32,000 bases of DNA from Ferroglobus placidus DSM 10642 (GTDB lineage Archaea > Halobacteriota > Archaeoglobi > Archaeoglobales > Archaeoglobaceae), in contig NC_013849.1 of assembly GCF_000025505.1 (NCBI RefSeq), positions 240,001 to 272,000 of the forward strand. Direction: 5' to 3'. The position numbers and the translations under genes are program-made. Positions within the stretch are counted from its first letter, which is position 1. Each line of letters opens with the position of its first letter. The notes below the pieces were generated by a model, which worked only from the letters and a program-made list of their open reading frames with translations, ran no database searches and was not told the DNA's origin. Shown piece after piece: positions 9,069 through 15,497 of this stretch.

Positions 9069-9215
9069 GTTCTGGGGTATGTGAAGTTTGTGATAACAAA
9101 TTTGGTCGCAGCCTAACACGGTGGAGACACATATCCACCTGTTGTCCGAGTGCGATAGCACCGAAGCGAGCGATAGCGAGCGGAGAGTCGTGGACTAAGG
9201 GCACATATTATTTTC

Positions 9216-9977
9216 CTATATCCTGCGAATATCTATCTGAACATCTCCAAATCCTTTTGACTTGTATCCACCAAGTTTAGTTATGGCTTTAATCCGGTCT
9301 TCTATTAATTCTTTGAGTATTTTCTCTTTTGTCCATCTCCCAGATTCAAGCCATTTATCACCCTTACTTTCTGCCAAATCTCTTGGTTCTCCAAGTTTCC
9401 AGCCAATTATATCATCTTCTTCTAGAATGGTCATGACTCCTTTAAAGACACTACCTTCTGGAACAGCTTCATATTTTCCTAAGGCACCTTTTTCACCTTT
9501 TGCTGATGTACCTACAACTCTATCTTCTCTGATAAACTGTAAAAGTGCTACATCTCCCTTTTCCATTTTCAAAAACGGCACCTCTACAAATCCGACAAGT
9601 CCTCTTGCACCTAGCAGATAACAGACAGGACAGATGTAATCATCCTTATTGGGGTAAGAGCAACTATATTTGTACAATCCTCGTTCTATGAGTTTCTTTT
9701 CATCTGGAGAAACTGTTTTTACATCTGCCGGAATGCATGGTTTCATCCATTCCTCTGTCCATCTTTTATTTTCCTTGTCGAAGAATTGGTCTATAAGATA
9801 TCTTTCCAGTTCAGCTCTCAATGCACCTTTAAGCGATGTTCCCTGCACTACCACTTTATTGCCCAGTTTCACTATCGGGCTGTCCACATCCGTTGTTCCC
9901 GGTACTGGTCTCACTCCGCCTATTCTGAACGGAGCTTTTGTCACCAACTCTATTTTATATTTTATGTATTTTCTCAT
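9216..9977 (-). CDS. cas7: Type III Cas7-like RAMP protein (Csm3/Cmr4-like backbone subunit)
   Basis: KIELVTKAPFRIGGVRPVPGTTDVDSPIVKLGNKVVVQGTSLKGALRAELE follows the RAMP pattern (hIGG...D.P...IPGSSLKGALR). There is a Cys-rich insertion ending CPVCYLLGARG (compare CxxC.lFG) and a C-terminal G-rich loop GGYKSKGFG. The ATG at 9977 lies 6 nt after GGAGGTG. The ORF-track GTG at 9986 is an alternative start. Confidence 0.75.
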   Translation of the reverse strand: MRKYIKYKIELVTKAPFRIGGVRPVPGTTDVDSPIVKLGNKVVVQGTSLKGALRAELERYLIDQFFDKENKRWTEEWMKPCIPADVKTVSPDEKKLIERGLYKYSCSYPNKDDYICPVCYLLGARGLVGFVEVPFLKMEKGDVALLQFIREDRVVGTSAKGEKGALGKYEAVPEGSVFKGVMTILEEDDIIGWKLGEPRDLAESKGDKWLESGRWTKEKILKELIEDRIKAITKLGGYKSKGFGDVQIDIRRI

Positions 9978-9982
9978 TTCAT

Positions 9983-10252
9983 TCACCTCCTTGCAAATTT
10001 TATGGCATTTAACTTCTTGAAGATAAGTGTGCCAATCTCCACAGACAAATTTCTTTCCACAATCATATCTAGAACTTTCAAAAGAGCTTTTGATTCATTA
10101 TCATCCCTACCTAACAAAAATAATCTTGTGGCACCATAACCATATCTGCTGCAAATTTCCCCCACGGTATTAAGGAATTTGTTACTAAATCTCGTACTCC
10201 TGATTTGTGGGTCATTTCTTATCTTTTCAATAACTTCATCTACTATATCCAT
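9983..10252 (-). CDS. Small, apparently helix-rich protein, putative Cas11-like small subunit (called on position and size only)
   Basis: It encodes 89-92 aa and sits between the two RAMP genes. It overlaps both neighbours and has a GGAGG 8 nt upstream of ATG 10252. I recognise no sequence motif. Confidence 0.35.
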   Translation of the reverse strand: MDIVDEVIEKIRNDPQIRSTRFSNKFLNTVGEICSRYGYGATRLFLLGRDDNESKALLKVLDMIVERNLSVEIGTLIFKKLNAIKFARR

Positions 10253-10850
10253 AACCAACACCTCCTTTTATAAGAAACCATGGAGCGTAAACTTCACTCC
10301 CTTCAAACAACGACTTAACATAAACAGCTTTAGATAAAGATACTGGCTTAAGCAAATATCCATATACGGGTTTAACTGTCTTTACGAGGAATTTATCCAG
10401 ATGTTCTATGGGTATTCTTGTATTCAATTCTCCATACATTAACTGATTTTCATTAACTTCAATTATACCATTTTTTGTAAACTGTGTGTAACCCAAACCT
10501 TTAACCCGCAAAGCTCCCATTCTTAATTCAAATTTATCTGGAAGTCTCTCTGTTTCTGTGTTTTTGAGTATATACACGTGACCTCTGACATTAACTAAGA
10601 ATTCAAGAGAAATAGGAATTTTACTTACCCCGACTCCTCTATCTCTTGGGGAATAGGTTAAGTAATCCTTAGCATCGTAACTTTCTATGCAACCTACAGC
10701 GTGTATTTCATCCCCACCAAAATAAGTTTTTAATGCCCCCGTTATTGTTGTATAAGGAATTGTCATTACAGTTGGTCTAAAAGTTCCCTTCTTAATTCGT
10801 TCCCCAATACATAGCGTTTCGCTCTGAAATGTATAATGAAGGTACTCCAT
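10236..10850 (-). CDS. cas5: RAMP protein, Cas5/Csm4-like
   Basis: YLHYTFQSETLCIGE...TIPYTTITGALKTYFG is a degenerate RAMP N-terminal motif. The G-rich loop is LRVKGLGYTQF. The gene directly follows the cas10-like gene. ATG 10850 lies 1 nt after the cas10 stop and has a GGTGG RBS. The ORF-track start at 10874 lacks an RBS. Confidence 0.55.
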   Translation of the reverse strand: MEYLHYTFQSETLCIGERIKKGTFRPTVMTIPYTTITGALKTYFGGDEIHAVGCIESYDAKDYLTYSPRDRGVGVSKIPISLEFLVNVRGHVYILKNTETERLPDKFELRMGALRVKGLGYTQFTKNGIIEVNENQLMYGELNTRIPIEHLDKFLVKTVKPVYGYLLKPVSLSKAVYVKSLFEGSEVYAPWFLIKGGVGYGYSR

Positions 10851-10851
10851 T

Positions 10852-12831
10852 CTAACCACCCATAATTTTTGCATATGTTAACACATTTTGAAAGCCAAAC
10901 TTTTTAACAGCCTTCCTTAGTGGCTCATATTCCCTATAATCCCTGTCGTTTTGATCATATAATGTAATTTCTGCTAATTTTTCCGAAATTTCACTTATAG
11001 CGGCCAATTTATGTAGTAATGCTTTTTCTTTTATCTTAATTCTCAAAAATGATGTGAGTTGTTGCATGCTAAGTTTAATTTCTCCCTTGCCAATCACAGA
11101 AACGTGGACATCGTATTTTAAATCTGAAAGAATTCTCCAAGATTCCAAAAATGGATACTTTATGTTTGAACACACAATTCCTAGTTTTATTGGCGATGAT
11201 ACTTCTTTGAATTTGGGGAAGAACTTAGTAAAAGCCTCATCGAATATTTTCAATACTAAATGAATGTCCCTGAGGTTTTTTATTCTTACTGAGACAAACT
11301 CTTTCAGAATTTGTTGAAAACTATCTTCTCCAAATTTTTCCAAAAGTTTATTTCTAAATTCATCCAAAAATTCTCTGTAATCCAAATTAAACTCTGATAA
11401 TACAGAAAATCTTATCTCCGCTCGTTTTTCCGGTTCTTTTACCCCTAAATTTCTCAAATATTCAGTATAGAGTTCCTCCAAAACATTTATCAATTCATCA
11501 GTATCTAAATCTATCCTAATCCAAAGTATTCTGTCCGCTCCCTCTTTTTCCCATTCATCTAGTTTTGGAAACTTTGATCCTCTTTTTCTAATGTTAAAAC
11601 AAACTGTACATAGTTTTTCAACTATTCCACTTTCTTCATCTACCCATTTTTCAGTAGCTTGTTTCAACTGGCAAATCTCACAAATGGGTGGATCGATTTG
11701 TGAGGGAAAATCACCGTAAACTGAGCCTTTCTTGTACACACCTTCCTCTAATTCCTCATGGTATTGTTTCCAAAGTTCTGCTATTTTCTTTGCTTCGGGC
11801 TCCTTTTCAAATACACTTTTTTTGATACTTTCCTTCACTTCTTCTCTTTTGTTTAGAGGTACTTTTGGTATCGTTTTTCTAAATTTCTCTTCGAGTTTTT
11901 TGTATAGTATTTTTTGCATTTTGTTTATTAATCTCATTGTTCTATCAGGATCTGGATATGGTTGATCTAAATTTTGAATTCTTTCAACATATTCGAACCA
12001 AAAGCCATATTGCGATACGATCTCTTTTATTTTATCGAGCTTTTCATTTAATGGAAGAATTAGTAGCAACTCGGTAAAGCCTACAAAAATTACATTATTT
12101 GGATATTCTTTCAGAATTTTTCTTTTTACTTCTTCCAAAGCATCAAAAACATTAAGATCTCTTATTCTAACGGGACGTTGTGGAAAATTTATTTTAATTT
12201 TTACTATTTTTATTTTTGTTTCTTCTTTTATCCGATGGATATAAGCTCTAATTTTATCTTTAGTTGTTATCTCAAACCACTTATCATCAACTTTTTCGAG
12301 ATAGTCGTATAGAAAGTTGTAAAGTCGTGCTGTTAGATTACTGTGCGTCCATAATGAAGTAATATTAGCTCCCGGGGTAGCATCTTCAGCTCTAACCTTA
12401 AGGTATTCTCCAAAAGTTTCGAAAAACTCCTTTACAGAAGGATTTCTGTTTACAAATTCTACAATCTTAGCAATCCATTTAGGATTTGTTGCGTCTTTAT
12501 TTATCACTTCAGATAATTTATGAAAATTGCTACGTGGAGGATTCCAAAGCTTATAAGTATTGTATCTTGGAGATTTTCCTCTCACTTCTATATGCCTAGA
12601 AGTAGCAGATGCTACGCTATCGGCTATTGACAAAACAAGAGTTTCGAAGCTTTTGGGGTATTCTTTATCTCTTTCAGTACAATGATGTTGTAGAATCCCC
12701 TCCCATACAGGATTCATTTTAATAGGTGGGACATCTTTAAGTCCATCAGGATAATTTTCAAAATTATGTTTGATTATAGAACTATCTATGAGTTTTCCGA
12801 TATCATGCATCTCTGGTTTTATATCTTTCAT
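10852..12831 (-). CDS. cas10: Cas10/Csm1-like large subunit (HD - Palm1 - zinc finger - degenerate Palm2 - C-terminal helical domain)
   Basis: The N-terminus has EMHDIGKLI (compare Csm1 LLHDIGK), then LQHH, SIADSVASATSR and ITSLWTHSNLTARL. The Palm1-like strand is NVIFVGFTELLLILP. The zinc finger is CEICQ-x19-CTVC. Palm2 begins ILWIRIDLDTD, followed by RFSVLSEFNLDYREFL and PIKLGIVCSNIKYP, but there is no GGDD. ATG 12831 has a GGTGG RBS 6 nt upstream. The ORF stays open to 12924. Confidence 0.75.
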   Translation of the reverse strand: MKDIKPEMHDIGKLIDSSIIKHNFENYPDGLKDVPPIKMNPVWEGILQHHCTERDKEYPKSFETLVLSIADSVASATSRHIEVRGKSPRYNTYKLWNPPRSNFHKLSEVINKDATNPKWIAKIVEFVNRNPSVKEFFETFGEYLKVRAEDATPGANITSLWTHSNLTARLYNFLYDYLEKVDDKWFEITTKDKIRAYIHRIKEETKIKIVKIKINFPQRPVRIRDLNVFDALEEVKRKILKEYPNNVIFVGFTELLLILPLNEKLDKIKEIVSQYGFWFEYVERIQNLDQPYPDPDRTMRLINKMQKILYKKLEEKFRKTIPKVPLNKREEVKESIKKSVFEKEPEAKKIAELWKQYHEELEEGVYKKGSVYGDFPSQIDPPICEICQLKQATEKWVDEESGIVEKLCTVCFNIRKRGSKFPKLDEWEKEGADRILWIRIDLDTDELINVLEELYTEYLRNLGVKEPEKRAEIRFSVLSEFNLDYREFLDEFRNKLLEKFGEDSFQQILKEFVSVRIKNLRDIHLVLKIFDEAFTKFFPKFKEVSSPIKLGIVCSNIKYPFLESWRILSDLKYDVHVSVIGKGEIKLSMQQLTSFLRIKIKEKALLHKLAAISEISEKLAEITLYDQNDRDYREYEPLRKAVKKFGFQNVLTYAKIMGG

Positions 12832-12958
12832 TTCATACCACCTATAGTATCTATTTTTGCGCCCGAAGTCTACAATCACACCTACACCTGGTAGGTATAC
12901 GAAGTGCGAGGTGAAACCGAGCATTTGGGCAGAGCGAAGTGCAGCCGTATGTCCGCTA

Positions 12959-12973
12959 TTAGGCGATGTTGCT
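12959..12973 (-). repeat. Copy B (inverted) of the flank motif: AGCAACATCGCCTAA on the minus strand
   Basis: Read directly (plus strand ttaggcgatgttgct). With copy C it forms an imperfect inverted repeat (13 of 16) separated by 119 nt. Confidence 0.35.
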
Positions 12974-13092
12974 CTTTAGCATTAATCTTTCCATCTTTCT
13001 TTCATAGTTCGCCCAATTCTTTGTGCCTCATACTCGCTTCTTGAATTTGAGATAAAGCATGTTCTTCACCTCTCACCTATAGGTTTTGAGTT

Positions 13093-13108
13093 AGCAATGT
13101 CGCCTAAC
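13093..13108 (+). repeat. Copy C of the flank motif: AGCAATGTCGCCTAAC
   Basis: Read directly. It is in direct orientation relative to copy A, on the other side of the cas operon. Confidence 0.4.
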
Positions 13109-13584
13109 TTGTTTTCCACGAAATTTTTATTCGCATAATCTTCCGAATGGGGACTAAAGCGAAATTTTATAAAGCTAAATTTCATACTGTTTTGTACAAG
13201 TTTGAATATTAAAAAGCTTACGCCACAAGAGCAATACGAGTTAATAGACAAGCTTATAGAGGAAATAGTAACTGAGAAAATATTTTTATCAAACAGACAG
13301 AGCATACATTTCAATTGTTAAAAGATTTTAAAATCCGGTAAAGCACCGAGAGAGTTTTTACATTCTTACTCAAACAAAAGCAAGTCAACGATGAGAAGCG
13401 TTTATTTTGCTTTAGATTTTTCTATGAAAACGCACTTAATTAAAAATTCGATGAGAAATTATCCTTAGCTAAGAGGGATTTAAAACTGTCTGTGATGTTA
13501 AGTAGAGAGATGATAAATAAAATGATCGAAGTATCCACAAAAATAAAACACAAACTTGTTTTGATGTTTCCTTATTATGATGTC

Positions 13585-13865
13585 CTACTGTTGAATAAAG
13601 TTAGAAATTTGAGGTGCGAGCATTTCCTTAACAATTTCCAACAACACAACCGCACTGTTGCATTTCGTACCTCTGGCTGAATAAAGCAGAGTTGTCCTCT
13701 TCTGTTCTTTAATTATTTCAATTAGCTTCTCCAAACTCTCTTTATTTCTCTCCAACTCCTCTCTGTATCTTTTTCTGACTCCTCCCATTTGGCAAGATCG
13801 TTGGGAAACCACTTTCTTCTCCTTAAACATTTCCAGAACTGGACAACATTTTTATAGCGAATCCG
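13585..13865 (-). pseudogene. Decayed DUF488 (YeaO-like) gene: 5'-truncated and frameshifted
   Basis: The ORF 13585-13830 ends ...VRKRYREELERNKESLEKLIEIIKEQKRTTLLYSARGTKCNSAVVLLEIV (compare E. coli YeaO ...FREQYLAELA...LTLLYSAKNTTQNHALVLADWL, from memory). Upstream, the homologous LRRRKWFPNDLAKWEE is in the +1 frame (open only to 13865). The N-terminal ~35 aa (RiLVDRlWPRG part) are absent because the L15e promoter and gene begin there. Confidence 0.5.
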
Positions 13866-13901
13866 CTAACAACTCCTGATCACGCTAATGGAGGAGAGAA
13901 G

Positions 13902-14489
13902 ATGAAGTCGATGTACGCTTTCATAAGAGAGGCTTGGAAGAAACCCTGGGATGGCTACGTAGGAAAGCTGATGTGGGAAAGATTGCAGAAGTGGAGAAGA
14001 GAGCCGGCGGTGGTAAGAATAGAGAGACCAACGAGATTGGACAGGGCAAGAGCCTTGGGATACAAAGCGAAGAAGGGAGTAATCGTCGTTAGAGTTAGAA
14101 TCAGGAGAGGTGGAAGAAGAGCTACGAGACCCAACAAGGGAAGAAAGACGAAGAACCTAATGGTAAACAGGAAAACTCCGAAGAAGAGCTTGCAGTGGAT
14201 AGCCGAAGAGAGAGCTGCGAGGAAGTTCCCGAACTGTGAAGTTGTCAATTCCTACTGGGTAGGAGAGGACGGAAGATACAAGTGGTTCGAGGTAATATTG
14301 GTCGACAGAAGTCATCCAGCGATTCTTTCAGACCCAGAGCTTTCCAGAATAGCTAAGCAAAGAGGAAGAGTCTTCCGCGGACTGACTTCAGCAGGAAGAA
14401 AATCGAGAGGACTTAGGAGGAAGGGAAGGGGAGCTGAGAAGGTAAGACCGAGCCTCAGGGCAAACTTCAGAAAGGAGAAGGATGAGTAA
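13902..14489 (+). CDS. rpl15e: 50S ribosomal protein L15e
   Basis: It has [12 protein letters not shown]..., a highly basic sequence, an eL15 signature throughout, and an RBS (GGAGGAG) upstream. Confidence 0.95.
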   Translation: MKSMYAFIREAWKKPWDGYVGKLMWERLQKWRREPAVVRIERPTRLDRARALGYKAKKGVIVVRVRIRRGGRRATRPNKGRKTKNLMVNRKTPKKSLQWIAEERAARKFPNCEVVNSYWVGEDGRYKWFEVILVDRSHPAILSDPELSRIAKQRGRVFRGLTSAGRKSRGLRRKGRGAEKVRPSLRANFRKEKDE

Positions 14490-14928
14490 GCGAAGTTGGA
14501 AAGTTGAGAGAATTACAGTCTCGGCGATAGTCCATTCAACCGAAGATAAGGAAAAGGTTGGCGAAGCTATTTCCACCCTTTTTCCCTTCGAATTCGAAAT
14601 TTTTGTTTCGGAAGCTAAGGGGCATTACGGAAATCCGATAAAGTTTTTGGAAGTTCCCATAGAAGATAAGAGGAAGATAAAAGAGTTCTGGAACTATTTT
14701 ATTGAAAAGCTCGAAGATCGGGATTTGCTTTTAAACTTGGTTGAGGACATCGTCGACGAATTCGGGGTTTTGCACATAAGGGTTGACAAGCAAAAAGCCT
14801 ATCAGGGGAGGCTCGAATTGTCCTACGGAGGGGACTGCATAGCTGTAAAGGTTAAGTTGGTCACTTATCCATCGAAAAGAGAGAAGTTCATAGCCGCTGC
14901 GAAAGAACTAATAGAAAAGGGGCTATGA
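14482..14928 (+). CDS. Conserved archaeal RNA-binding protein of the exosome superoperon (COG1325/DUF54-like)
   Basis: Its position between L15e and the RNase P subunit genes matches the conserved archaeal superoperon. The ~150 aa size fits. I recognise no specific motif. Confidence 0.5.
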   Translation: MSKRSWKVERITVSAIVHSTEDKEKVGEAISTLFPFEFEIFVSEAKGHYGNPIKFLEVPIEDKRKIKEFWNYFIEKLEDRDLLLNLVEDIVDEFGVLHIRVDKQKAYQGRLELSYGGDCIAVKVKLVTYPSKREKFIAAAKELIEKGL

Positions 14929-15497
14929 TGGATTTTCTCAGATTCGAGCCGGAGTACTTGCTCGAAGGCTTTGACGACTGCGTAGTTTTCGGGGAAACCG
15001 AAAAGTACATTCAGGGCTGTATGATCTACGCCACTTCAACCAAAGAGCTCGTTTCGAAGCTGAGAAAGTATTCCGGATTTATTGGAGTTCTCAGCCCGAA
15101 GGTTGAGGTAAACAGGCTGGCTGTGATGAGAAAAAAAGTGTTCGTTCTTCTGGATTCAGTTGAGAGGGAGCTGGATTATACGACCGTGAAGCTTGCGGCA
15201 GAGAAGGATGTTGCGATAGAGGTTTGCTTCGCTAAGTATTTGAAAGTGTCCGGAGTTAAAAGAAGCCAGCTCTTCGAGAGGGACAGAATTCTTTTTAAAA
15301 TCGTCGAAAAGTTTGACGCTCCCTTCGTTCTCACGAGCGGAGCTGAAAACTTCTACGAGATGAGGACAAAAAAACAGATATACGACTTCTTCCAAACCCT
15401 CGGAGCAAATGTCAAAAGAGCTGAAGAGTGGATGAAGAGGTTTGAAAGAATTTTAAAGGACGAAAAGTTCATAATGGACGGGTTTGAGGAGTTATGA
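14925..15497 (+). CDS. rnp3: RNase P protein component 3 (Rpp30 homolog)
   Basis: The call rests on its superoperon position and on ...VAIEVCFAKYL...FDAPFVLTSGAENFYEMRTKKQIYDF, which resembles the Rpp30 C-terminal pattern (vpivisSGA....lR.P). Confidence 0.7.
   Translation: MMDFLRFEPEYLLEGFDDCVVFGETEKYIQGCMIYATSTKELVSKLRKYSGFIGVLSPKVEVNRLAVMRKKVFVLLDSVERELDYTTVKLAAEKDVAIEVCFAKYLKVSGVKRSQLFERDRILFKIVEKFDAPFVLTSGAENFYEMRTKKQIYDFFQTLGANVKRAEEWMKRFERILKDEKFIMDGFEEL

Noticed and set aside
9068-9271. A plus-strand 68-codon open frame encodes ...CEVCDNKFGRSLTRWRHISTC..., a C-x2-C-x12-H-x3-C zinc-finger-like pattern.
   Set aside because: It has no in-frame ATG, GTG or TTG start before its last quarter and no RBS, and it overlaps the cas7 3' end. 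It could be a relic, but it cannot be supported as a gene. The G+C-rich repeats here explain the lack of stops.
12832-12924. A 31-codon N-terminal extension of the cas10-like ORF (MLGFTSHFVYLPGVGVIVDFGRKNRYYRWYE).
   Set aside because: The internal ATG at 12831 has a well-spaced GGTGG RBS and puts the HD motif at residues 9-10, as in Csm1 proteins. The extension contains a hairpin (ACCTAC-n5-GTAGGT, 12880-12896) and is more likely 5' leader than coding sequence.
12941-12975. AGCCGTATG resembles the 5' arm of a group II intron domain V, and GTGCG words occur nearby (9150, 12904).
   Set aside because: I could not pair it into a domain V hairpin (the 3' arm is absent). There is no reverse transcriptase or maturase ORF and no other intron domains.
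13202-13321. A small plus-strand frame (TTG start) encodes MNIKKLTPQEQYELIDKLIEEIVTEKIFLSNRQSIHFNC, faintly like small antitoxin or addiction-module helices.
   Set aside because: It has no RBS, a non-ATG start and A+T-rich context, where such frames arise easily. I recognise no partner toxin ORF and no family. It is kept only as a note inside the non-coding-region finding.
13305-13345. catttcaattgttaaaagattttaaaatcc resembles, at its ends, the TTTCAAT...GATTTTAA termini I recall from some euryarchaeal CRISPR repeats.
   Set aside because: It is a single occurrence with the wrong internal spacing. No second copy lies at spacer distance anywhere in 8923-9215 or 12925-13584, so it is not an array.
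13066-13680. Track ORFs 13066-13314 (minus, 82 aa) and 13492-13680 (plus, 62 aa).
   Set aside because: They have low-complexity, Ile/Lys/Phe/Ser-rich translations and no RBS. The second overlaps the DUF488 remnant in antisense. They are most likely chance ORFs in A+T-rich DNA.
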